Origin: Ruditapes philippinarum
Lineage: Eukaryota
Reading direction: 5' to 3'
Assembly: GCF_026571515.1 (NCBI RefSeq)
Contig: NW_026862826.1
Coordinates: forward strand, 1-64,000
DNA: 64,000 nt
Under the pieces are notes generated by a model that worked only from the letters and a program-made list of their open reading frames with translations, searched no databases and was not told the origin of the DNA. Below, one piece after another: positions 52,390-63,526 of the stretch. Positions within the stretch are counted from its first letter, which is position 1. Each line of letters begins with the position of its first letter. A program made the position numbers and the translations under genes.

Positions 52390-53117
52390 ATTTTGAAAGA
52401 GCCTTGAGTTACAAAAAGAACATTAAGATGGTATTTCCTCGAGATTCAATCTTAATGCGGTGAACGACAGTTGATTAAAATATCGCAACGTTATCCTCTG
52501 CGTTTACATATTCGGCTGCACACATAGAAAAAGTTTGAAATATTTGCTTACTATTTAACCTTTGTAAATTCAACTTGTTCAATTGCGACGTATTATAGTC
52601 AAGTCTTTAATTGGATTAATTGTACTGATTCATTTAGTTAGGTATAATTATCAAAATGTCCATTAAGGACATTGGTGAGAATATATCTAAATTGATATTT
52701 CACATTGAGTGAGGGAGTCAAGGGAGAAATTGATGAACATTTTCTTAAATTATACGATTTTTGTATGTTTGATAATAAATCTAATTTAAATGTACATGTC
52801 TTTAATATCTATTTGCTTTTGCAATATAACGTGTAGGAGTGCCCAAGTTTTTTTTTTTATTTCACCACATGCAATTGTGTCAATAACTTGCATATCCGGA
52901 TATGTTATCATGTCGGCACAATTATTTTCAGCGAGTGACATATGATAAGACGTAAATGATAAATTTAAATCCTATTGCATTAAGTCTGTTTGTTGTTGTT
53001 GTTTTTTTTTTCATTTTTCATAAAAAGGGTATATTCATGGCCAAAACACTTAACCTTACAATAATTTGTTCAGGAACAAAATGCGTATTGACTACAGAAA
53101 AGGTTTTAAAAAGTAAT

Positions 53118-53346
53118 GGAACAAGAGTGATCCCTCGGAAGCATTCATCAAAACAAAATTACATGGAAATTGCAGACTTGGTTTAATTGAGTCTGTACAT
53201 GAGGGATAATTAAAGACTGCAGCGTTCCCCATGTCCTGTAGTAGCGGCATGAGCGGTTCTCAATTCTCAACACTTAAAAGTGCTAAAATCATTGATCTCG
53301 AAGGACGAGAAAAATTTAACAACACTAAAGTGAAGTACGTAGCAAC
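53118..53346 (+). repeat. Copy of the dispersed CRLGLIE segment
   Basis: tgc aga ctt ggt tta att gag at 53171; the end of ORF 52956-53186 reads [11 protein letters not shown]. Confidence 0.8.
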
Positions 53347-54210
53347 TTTTATTCACTTTTTCATATTAGTGAAAAAAAGTTACTTAATGCATGTTAACAA
53401 TCTCGGCATAAATTTCTCAACTTCACGTAATATTTAATTTCAGCGTCAATATGATCGGCAAAAGTAAAAATAATCATAACTGCAAAAACCTTAATTATAT
53501 TATTATCTAAGAAATCTACAGCGTTTGATGGCTACAAAACACGTTAATCTTTAGAAATGAAAATGATTTTTTCCTGTACAGAACTAAGATTTCAAGAGGT
53601 AGTAAACCGCATACCTATGCTGAAATTTATTTTGTTAACATTGTATGATACATAACTATTTTTAACAATGTTCAATAAAATTTCATTTTACAAACATTAC
53701 TAATGCAAGTTTAGTAAATATTTTAAACAGTGAATATGATAGAAATTTCTATTACTAACTTGGTTTAATGTATGTAAATGACACATACACGATTTGTGAC
53801 GTTTGTATGTGAAAATACCTTACGGGTAGCAGAGGTGTTTTTTACCGTACCCTATGCGTGAAATTAAAATACATTTAATGTATCCTTTATGATTTTCAAA
53901 TTCATCATATTGTAATGATTTTAAAATTAAACGCCTAGAGGTCGATGAAACGGGAGTACCTTTCAAATAATGAATGTGTACAGATGCCTGAAATAGAATG
54001 ATTTATCTGTTTAACTATAGTTATTTCATTTTATAGTTATTTTATTTGTATCAACCACAATATGTAACAAAAGCACCGCTAGGCGGAGCATTATATGACC
54101 GAAAGTTTTTTTAATAAGGATGAAGCATTTGTAATACATGGGATTTAAATAAAGTATTACCTCCTTTAAAAAGCAATCCTCCTTTATGGCTGAAGACCTT
54201 CATATATATA

Positions 54211-54775
54211 GAAAATGGTTTTAAATTTTCAAAGTCAAAAACTCAATGTGTTCATTTTTGTCGATTGCGGAAACAACATAATGACCCTGAACTTTACATA
54301 TCTGGTTCTAAAATGCCAGTAGTTGATGAAGCTAAGTTTTTAGGAATTATATTTGATAAAAAACTTTCTTTTATTCCACATATTAAACATTTGAAAACTA
54401 AATGCCTAAAAGCTTTAGATTTACTTAAGGTTTTATCAAGTACAAATTGGGGATCAAATTCTTCCACATTTCTGAAATTATACAGAAGTCTTATCCGATC
54501 AAAATTAGATTATGGTAGTATATGGGTCTGCAAGAAAATCATATCTTCAAATGCTAGATACCATACATCACCAGGGTTAACGTTAAGTTTTAGGTGCTTT
54601 TCGCACTTCACCTGTAAAAAGTCTATATGCGGAAGCTGGGGAACCATCTCTTCATCTTCGTCGAAAAAAGCTATCACTTCAATATGCAACTAGAATTTCA
54701 TCTAATAGCAAAGATTCAGCTAAAAATATTATTTTCAAACCAAGTTATACTGAAAAATTTGTTAACAAACCAAAG
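54211..54775 (+). mobile_element. LINE fragment (I/Nimb-group, region after the RT core)
   Basis: NGFKFSKSKTQCVHF, KFLGIIFDKKLSFIPHI, LYRSLIRSKLDYG, GAFRTSPVKSLYAEAGEPSL; contains frameshifts. Confidence 0.85.
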
Positions 54776-56184
54776 GAAAATATTTATTTTTTTCCCTAAT
54801 TTCTAAGTTTTTTCTAGGAGGGTTAAGATATTAATTTGCTAATTGTGCTAGTGTGCCAACTGTTAAGGCTTTATCTAAAAAAGAATAGTCTCCAAATTTA
54901 TTGACCTGTTTATTTGTTGCTAGCTAGGGTAGACTAGTGATTTAGTTAAAACAAGTCATTATTTTTTGCACGATAATTTGAATGACGTTTTGTAGTTTAT
55001 AATGTCCTGTATATAGGATTAAGATTACAGAAGGGAAGAGATTCACATCCATAGCCCGGTATGTTGNNNNNNNNNNNNNNNNNNNNNNNNNNNNNNNNNN
55101 NNNNNNNNNNNNNNNNNNNNNNNNNNNNNNNNNNNNNNNNNNNNNNNNNNNNNNNNNNNNNNNNNNNNNNNNNNNNNNNNNNNNNNNNNNNNNNNNNNNN
55201 NNNNNNNNNNNNNNNNNNNNNNNNNNNNNNNNNNNNNNNNNNNNNNNNNNNNNNNNNNNNNNNNNNNNNNNNNNNNNNNNNNNNNNNNNNNNNNNNNNNN
55301 NNNNNNNNNNNGTTCAAAACTTATATAAGGCAACTGTATACTGTACATACATTTAATATGATTATGTTTCACTGTCAAAAAAAACTTTAAATCTGTATAA
55401 CTAGATAATGTTTAAATGTTAAAATCACGGCTTTTCGACTTGAAACCGCTTGATAACGCTTTCACAGCATCGTTTGCATTTAAACTATCTTTGTTATATA
55501 AACATTATGACATTGTGGTTTAAAACTATTTTTGTCTGTTATAAAGCTTGTTTATTGGTTAGTATTTGCAGCTACCCGATGCGTAAACATATGATGCATA
55601 TCTTGTCTCATTTATCTTTTAATTTACATCATACTTCGTTCATTTATACAGTTATTTTTTACACTTTATTTTTTTTTCTACATTTTAATGAAATGTCGGT
55701 TATAATGACAAAAATTATAGTTGCCGTAAATGGAGCTTTTCATCAGCGTGACTAGCAATTTTATTCATTCCATTTAAAAATTTACTTTTACAACATTTAA
55801 AATCAACTTCATGTTCGAGAAAAGTCTATAGCTTAACAAATAAACGCATTACTTGATAGTTCATTCATACGGGTATTATTACGTATTGTGTCTGAATGAA
55901 TATGAAGTGTTAATACCCATTAACGTTTATTATAAACAGGCATATTATAATTATAATGGATTTTTAAATTTGGATTTGAGAGGATATTCTAGGTATATTT
56001 CGTTTGAAATTTTGTTAATTTGCTATGCTTATATACATGTAGACATATTATGATATGTTGTTCTATATTCGTGTGTATTATTTTATTATATTACATGACA
56101 GTACATTACGTTATGCTACGTTACGTCACGCCATGTCACGTGATGCCATGTCATGTTATGTTATCTTAATAATCTTCGCATATG

Positions 56185-56335
56185 GAACGAGCGGTGACTT
56201 AACGGTTAAGACATCTGCTAATACATGTACTGATCGTGGATTTGAACCTTATTTTAACCATAACCATTTTTTGTCTTTAATATGATTGTAGGTCTTGTTG
56301 TCTCAGTGAAACAAACTAAAAAATGAATTACATTA
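56185..56335 (+). mobile_element. Degenerate tRNA-derived SINE of a second family
   Basis: Eroded A box ggtgacttaacggttaag and B box ggatttgaacc. Confidence 0.35.
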
Positions 56336-56879
56336 GTATTCAACATAATTGAGCAGGTGACATGATAACATGTTCAAACAATTCACTATCAAAAGGCTTT
56401 AACATGATCGTCGGTTTGCGATTTCACAAATTAGCCCGAAGAAAAATTAGTTAAATCGTGAAATTATATATCTTAAACATGTTTAAGTAACATTATGCCC
56501 ATCTAAGAGTAAGTGATGAGTGATAAGGTAAATTCGAAATCACTTTTCATTTCATCATATTTGCTTTCCTTTTAATAATAAAAGTCACCTGAATTATCGG
56601 TAATCGCCATCTCATAATACTTTTAAAAATCCTTCGGTAAAAAGAGTTGGGTAGTATTTTAATAGTTTAGGCTGTTTTAATATCTCATCGTATACATTTG
56701 CAATTATCTATTATTGTTCTATCACCATTATAATTGTCAATCTTTTGAAAATTGATAAAAGAAATATATTTATATACTTTAGTCAAGAAATATGTCAGCC
56801 TGTAACACTTTCATACATGTATCTTCTAAATTTAAAGACCTATTTCATGTTTTTTTTGTATTTAGAACCAGATGCATAA

Positions 56880-56970
56880 ATGGACCGTCTTCTAAGGAAA
56901 ATGTTTCTTACAGTGGTGTTCAGCTGTTTTATACCATGTGGAGAGGCGTTCTGGTACAGTGGGGACACCG
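56880..56970 (+). CDS. Class I cytokine receptor (gp130/Domeless-like), coding exon 1: signal peptide MDRLLRKMFLTVVFSCFIPCGEA-FWYSGDT
   Basis: Acceptor ttttgtatttag (exon starts 56866), aaATGG, basic n-region, hydrophobic core and GEA cleavage-like site. Phase-1 donor G/gtaaat joins the next exon to make GAT. Confidence 0.8.
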
Positions 56971-58721
56971 GTAAATACATTACACAATATATATGAAATG
57001 TCTTTAAAATTATATGAAATTATTTGCAAATTCAAAACAATATTGTATTGAAATACAAACAAGACAATATTATACTATACTCAAACTATAGTCAATATTA
57101 TTTAAACAAATGAAAGACCCTGATACGTGTCCGCATTTAATTTTGACAGTTAACAATGAATATGTGCAGTGTAGGGTTGAAGTGGGCCCCAGAGTTGTGT
57201 TTAAATAAGATACAACTGAACACTAATTATAATATTAAAACCAAAGAATGGCATTGTACTTTCCCGCAGTGATATTTGACATTTGTCATTAAATATGTGC
57301 TGGCACTGATGTCTGATTTAATCACTTTCTTGAAATCGTCTATCCGCGATGCCGGCGTATTTTGTCTTGTTTGCGTTTATTATTCTTTCTTTTTCGGTTT
57401 ATTTACTGTCGTATGTCTTTCGCGACAACCTTTGTTCTTGTATACACCTGGTGTTTGGCATCGAGCAATGGAAAATCTATCTCATATTTATGTCTCATCC
57501 GAAATACTTTTACCAAAGTAATGGGTCATGTCGATCGAACAGTTGGCCCTAGAATTAGTATTTCAGCGCGCTAAAATTTACATATGGGATCTCTCCGTTT
57601 GCTGTTGCCGCGTTACATCATTTGTATCGGTCCGTTTACTTTACTTGTTTTCAGTCCTCGCAAACCATTTTAAAATAATCGATATCCCCCTTTTTCCCTC
57701 TTGCTAACATAACGCAACAAAAAGGTGTAGCGTCTTTATTCTTTAAGTATCGTCTTTATGTGTGAATTCATCTAAATGGAACACAGAATTTAACACTTAT
57801 AGAAAACAATAGGATTGCCCTCGTCTTTTCTTAAGTGTTATACGAAGTGTAATCCTAAATACTATGTTTCGTGTTATCCTTTTTACTATTTTTCGTTAGT
57901 CTTTAGGATGATTTCAAATGATCATAAATACATTTATTACAAGATCTCGTTCAAACAATCACATGAAGTCAAATATAATTTGTAGTGTAATTAAATTTTA
58001 GTCGACCTAAAAGAAGGCAGGGAAATGTCATACAAACACATTTTGACGTTGAACGTCAACGGAAAAAAATCGATAATCTTCCTTTGCGATTCCATAGAAA
58101 ATATTGAATTAATGAGGACGTTATTCTTGCAATGAATTCATTATCACACTACATAGTTCGTCTTTTAGTAGAGGGAATTATAGAGCTAGGTAGGTGAACG
58201 ATAGGTGGAGTTAGGAGGAAGGGGAACATACTTGAAGTGTAAGCGTTTCTATTAGTTGGTGGTTTATTCAGATGTAGGCGATGGGGTGTTGTTATGGTAC
58301 AGGAGGAAATTATTGTTACTGGGGCGTCTTCGGAGCGATTTAGTCTCTAACTGCGTGTTTATTCAAAACCTGCACGAATAAAAGAAGATTACGAATATCT
58401 GCACCCCGATTTAGAGCTACCCTTACACTGATTTGAGTGAACATATATTTTGTTAACTTGGTTTAGAATTGACATTTATATTTTATAAAGATTGTTGACA
58501 GGTTATATGGCCCTGTATAAACGGCTGTATGTAAATATAAGAGTGAAATAAAGCTACAATTAACAAATTACTTCCATGTGTACTTAGTAACTGAAAACAA
58601 ATATGTTGCTGTTTAAATTATTCTTACTAGCAAAACTGATCACTTAATGTGTCGTTACCTTCCAACATTCGTTAGCAAAAACCTTATACATTAAACGATC
58701 GTCAAATTTACTTAAGATATC

Positions 58722-59143
58722 CCATATTATAGATGATATTAAATGAGTGTAGGTTTAATACTAAATTTATTGAACGAGTTGAATAAACTTCATACTATGC
58801 GAGTTCCTCTTTGGCGGAGCATAACATTGTTTTTATTCAAACGAGTTCAAAAGATTTAGTATTGAATCTACAACGAATATAATATTTCTTTTTATCAAAC
58901 ATTATTTAAAAAAAGGGATAACGGTTTAAACAATACGGTTTTACAGTTAAAACGAGTCATTATTTATTGACGTGCCTCTAGTATGTACGCTTTGCAATTA
59001 GCGCAACTTTTTAACGCTATGTGTATATGTTAGCGTAAATGACGTCACGTCAAGGTGTTTATTACACTAGTTGTAAATTATCGTTTTTTTAAATTAAATG
59101 GCTTTTATTTACAATCCCGCGCCCCGGCGTTTTATGTTGATAA
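58722..59143. repeat. Interspersed repeat with a long internal hairpin, intronic
   Basis: gtaggtttaatactaaatttattgaac..gaataaa (58749-58787) is inverted to tttattc..gttcaaaagatttagtattgaatctac (58831-58871). Confidence 0.6.
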
Positions 59144-59296
59144 AACACTGTAACGAATACCACGAGTTCGTTATTGCAATCAAAACTCTTTATTATTACA
59201 ATTATTTCATTATCAGTTATTTGCAGTTTTGAATATTTTTATGTTAACATGATTAATTCAACTCATTGCTTTATTTGAATTGGTCTTTTAAAACAG

Positions 59297-59641
59297 ATGA
59301 GCAGAAAAGGTTCGACGGTGAAATCCTTCCAAAAGATCCAAACGTGTGTACAACTCAGAGTATTACATTCACAGGTGTACTTAAGGACGATCCAGTAACG
59401 ACTTACTCCATCGGCTTTACTTATCAATCTAGAGACACAAACGGAAAATTCGTTACTGTCGACCAGAATAATGTCACATACATTAATGATACGATGGCTG
59501 AATATACAGTGCCCTATATCCCGCCTCTAACTGATCTAAAAATACCGCACTATATGCATGTTAACAGCTATTATTGGCAAGTCTTTGGTGATAATAATAA
59601 AACGTTGCAGCTTGGGGAAACCACCACAGCACGTTTTTTCC
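59297..59641 (+). CDS. Class I cytokine receptor, coding exon 2: gp130 D1-like Ig domain
   Basis: 345-nt phase 1-1 exon (aaacag / gtaagt). GEILPKDPNVCTTQSITFTGVLK and TVDQNNVTYINDT align by eye with gp130 GYISPESPVVQLHSNFTAVCVLK and TIPKEQYTIINRT (recalled). N-glycosylation sequons NVT, NDT, NKT. Confidence 0.85.
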
Positions 59642-59791
59642 GTAAGTTCAGATACTATATTTCTTATTATTTTATCCTCAAGGTCAAGCAATTGAAAAAT
59701 ATAATAAAATATGGTCTGATTTGATAAAAAAAAATCTGCAGAAAATAATGCATATTGCATGTGATATTTATTGAAAGTAAATTTAACTAGC

Positions 59792-59965
59792 TCCAAATCA
59801 CTTGCAACTCACCACTGTTGAAAGGACTTTTGATGGAAGCTTATTGCTTTATTGAGGTACCAGTTCCTGCCCGAAACAAATGCACAAAGGTGCACCAACT
59901 TGTAAAGCTAGAAAGTCGCAATAATGTATGTACACTGGTCGTTGTGACATTAAAATCCGACAAAT
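59792..59965 (+). mobile_element. Degenerate copy of the 31334-type SINE
   Basis: aaatcacttgc..tcacc, atgcac..aggtgcacc, aaagctagaaagtcgc, tgtgacattaaa. Confidence 0.55.
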
Positions 59966-60779
59966 CCAATAAATAAAATTATTATCGGCAACCCAAAATG
60001 AATATAAATAAGTTTTAAACAAACCCCTTTTTTACACTCTTGCCAGTAAACTTTGATGAAACAAAATAAATGTCCCCTCTACTTCACCGCATGCCCACCT
60101 TCTTAATGTTGGGTGAATTCCAATTGTCCCAAACTTCATCCTCTCAATAATTATTTCCAGAAAATTTTTATATCTAGGATTTAATGGGAAAACGAAAACC
60201 TGGGCGGGGGGGCATCCGGGGCCTTCTCCAAGGGGTTTTAAGGTAGGAAAAATTTCGCAAATTTAAGACTTTTACGAATGTTGGAGCGACCAAAAACCCA
60301 CCCCTTTTGAATGTTAAACCAGATATAAATATAGAATTTTTTAAACGGTCCAAAAGGGTATGCTCAAATTTAAGTTAAAAATGTTAAAAAGTTTTTGATT
60401 TGGTTTAAAAAAGGTTTTTGGTTTTAGGAAAAATATAAAGAAATATGCATGTTTTTATGTGTGGTTTTTTTCGGGGAAAAAAAACCCGACTATAAAAATC
60501 ATATTTGTATAAAAAAAATTTATCCCAAAGATTATCCCTTACCCTGGCCCAATTTTTTCCAAAATTTTTTTGGGTTTTCCCCAGTATTTAAATGACCTTT
60601 AGAATTTTTTCTTTCGGCCCGCCCAGATTATTAATTAACTACATTAACTCTTTTTCTACATAAAGCATATGTATTTAACTAAATAGAAAACAAGCTAATA
60701 CGTTTAGTTCAGTTGAGTTCAGTCTTGTTATAGAATTGTTTGTATAATTTATGATATTAAAAGAAAAATCATTTTTCAG

Positions 60780-60900
60780 CAATGCCCGAGGAAGTTCGTG
60801 ATTTTGATTGTATAAGTGAAAAAATTACGAAACGATGATATGTTACTGGAGCTACGGAACCGACTTTGGTTTGTTTATGCCGGAAGTAACTTTTTCAATG
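60780..60900 (+). CDS. Class I cytokine receptor, coding exon 3: first half of cytokine-binding FN3 domain (homopolymer frameshift as assembled)
   Basis: Acceptor atttttcag, donor gtaaat, 121 nt (phase 1 to 2). Reads PMPEEVRDFDCISE / NYETMICYWSYGTDFG, the CxxxNxxxMxCxW signature. Confidence 0.85.
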
Positions 60901-60919
60901 GTAAATATGTTTTCTTTTA

Positions 60920-60925
<6 letters not shown>

Positions 60926-60964
<39 letters not shown>

Positions 60965-60975
60965 TATAATATATA
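60926..60975. repeat. (TA)n microsatellite
   Basis: Direct reading of the sequence. Confidence 0.95.
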
Positions 60976-61365
60976 GATGCAAATTATACATGTAATACAC
61001 CCCTGATGAAGGCATAATACGCCGAAAGTACTTGGGTATTTATACTTTAGCACTGTATGAACGTTTGTTTTCTCCAAATTTATTGTTATTTCTTCCACGT
61101 TCTTGTATCCTTCTTGGGATCCAGTGTTTTTGAAAGGTATTTTGTAGATGCAAATATTTTTCACAAACCTATATATATCTCGTTCCAAAATAAAAATGGA
61201 TTGTCCAATCAGTCCCTCTTTTTAGCCTAAAAATAGGGATTTTGGGTGTAAATATTGGAGTTATTTTTCATAAATGGTGAATACAAAAAAGAACAAGTGA
61301 CTCTTTTTTTCATTCAATTTTATTAAAAATTTGAATTAAAACATTGAATAAATACATATAACAAA

Positions 61366-62035
61366 CATTTTGTTCGATAGATCGAACAAATACATATATA
61401 TATTGTTCGATCGATCGAACAAAAAGGGCAACCTTCTTATCACTTTATTTGTTTGATCGATCGAACAAAATTTCTTTTCATTACCAAAACTTGTTGAATC
61501 AAATGAAATTTAAAACAAACATTTTGTTCGATCGATCGAACAAAAATGTTCAAACACTGTATTTGAAAATTTCTCTCTCAATCTGTACTAAAAAAAATAA
61601 TATTTTGTTCGATCGATCGAACAAATATATATTTTGTTCGATCGACCGAACAAAATTTCTTTTCATTTCCAAAACTGGTCATATAAATGAAAAATTTAAA
61701 ATAAATATTTTGTTCGATCGATCGAACAAAACGGTTCAAACCCTATATTGAAAAATTTCTCTCTGAAATTGTACTAAAAAACCAAAACATTTTGTTCGAT
61801 CGATCCAACAAAATTTCTTTTCATTACGAAAAACTTGTAAAATCAAATGAATTTAAAACAAACATTTTTGTTCGATCGATCGAACAAAAAATGTTCAAAC
61901 ACTGTATTTAAAAATTTCTCTCTCAATCTGTACTAAATAAATTAACATTTGTTCGATCGATCGAAAAAATATATATTGTTCGATCGATCGAACAAAAATT
62001 GCTTTTCATTTCAAAACTGGTCAAATAAATGAAAA
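61366..62035. repeat. Array of ~11 palindromes ttttgttcgatcgatcgaacaaaa within a higher-order repeat
   Basis: Copies at ~61368, 61403, 61448, 61522, 61603, 61632, 61708, 61790, 61866, 61948 and 61976. Segment 61467-61692 recurs at 61809-62035. Confidence 0.9.
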
Positions 62036-62879
62036 TGTGACCTTGACCTTTCATCAGAATGAGAATTTCTATGAAGTTTCCATTAAAACTCCTGCATGGG
62101 CAGGGCTTCTTCTTTTAGTGGAAGTTTGGGAGTCATTTACCCCTTGATTTTGGTTTGTGGACACTGCCTGCCAACCAGGTTTCCATTGTATGTCTTGTTT
62201 TTCAAATGTGCATATAAAAATTGACGTACATGTAATATGATCTAACATCATACTAATGCTAAAATAGTAACACCTAGCCAGTTTCATCTATTAAACAAAA
62301 TCTTCTTTTCAAATTGCAACAGGCAATAGTGATATACTAGGAACTACATTCCACAACAATAACATACATGATCTATCTATCAAGTTAATTCAGTATCTAA
62401 ACAGACGGACAGGCAATCTGATTCTAGTATATATCCACACTACATTGTAGTTGTGTTGGGTTTATACCAATCGAATATCCTGAACATACTGCTACCTTAT
62501 AGTAAGGCACAATCTTGTGTGTTCATTCAACATATGCTTGTATTGTTTTGCACTAAAACGGCACCTGTGTGAATACCAATCACTCAACATCTCTTACAGT
62601 CATTCAAATATTGTAACAAACAATATTTGGCAGCATTCTTCATTATCAATTGGAAGTTTCAACAAAAACTTATGCAAAGTTTATGCACATTTTCCCCATC
62701 CAAGTATGTTTCTGCCCTTCTGCGAGGAACAGGAAAAAATCTTCTTAACAACAACATCTGAAAATAAACCAGAATTTGATCATTTCATTATTTGCATATA
62801 TCAATCACTTAAATTATATAATAATTTATATTCCATTTAAAATTTTGGGACTTTGAAAAAGATACAGATACATGTCTTA

Positions 62880-63526
62880 AACTAGAACTGTGTCCAAAGG
62901 ACACGGATGCCCCCACTGACAACATATAATATGGTGTATAGTAAAAAAATCAACAAAGGGCCATAATTCTGTTAAATTTGGTCGCAGCAAAAATTCCTTC
63001 CTTTACTGCCATCTACACATTAAGGTTGTTTATCCCTGGAAGTTTAAGCAAAATCTGCCATCCGGTTTAAGAGGAGTTGCGTTCACAAAATTTCTACATA
63101 GTATATAGTGAAAAAATCAACAAAGGGCTATAATTTTTTTAAATTTGGTTGCAGCGTAAATTACTTCCTTCACTACCATCTACACATGAAGGTTGTTCAT
63201 CCCTGAAAGTTTAAGCAAAATCTGCCATCTGGTTTAAGAGGAGTTGTGTTCACAAGATTTCAGGACGTACGGACAGACGTATGGACGGACGGACGGACGT
63301 ATGTCCGTGCCACCTAAATGGACTTAAAGCCATTTCTTTTGTTATTTTCTTTTGTTTAATAGAGGGCCATGGCCCCTTATTCTATTGTTACGGAATGAAC
63401 TCTATTGTTCTCTTTTGTTCTGTTTACTGTTAGATGGCCCCCTAACCCTATTTGGTTACGTCTGACAGACGAACGGACGGACGGACAAGTGCAACGCTAT
63501 ATGCTAACCACTTTGTGGGGGCATAA
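62880..63526 (+). mobile_element. HINE-like element with two ~168-bp cores and (GGAC)n, plus a ~160-bp insert in the microsatellite
   Basis: Palindrome gtgtccaaaggacac; atgcccccac / gtgggggcat inverted repeats. Confidence 0.8.

Noticed and set aside
52400-56860. STAT/IRF promoter sites upstream of the receptor
   Set aside because: Only scattered N2/N4-spaced or partial matches, expected by chance; the transcription start is unknown.
61449-61751. 100-aa ORF with LFDRSNK repeats
   Set aside because: Translation of the palindrome array.
61366-62035. CRISPR-like repeat-spacer appearance
   Set aside because: Spacers recur and vary widely in length, there are no cas genes, and the context is eukaryotic.
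62119-62180. Candidate fourth receptor exon after ttcttttag
   Set aside because: The phase-2 translation lacks FN3 features and lies among repeat remnants.
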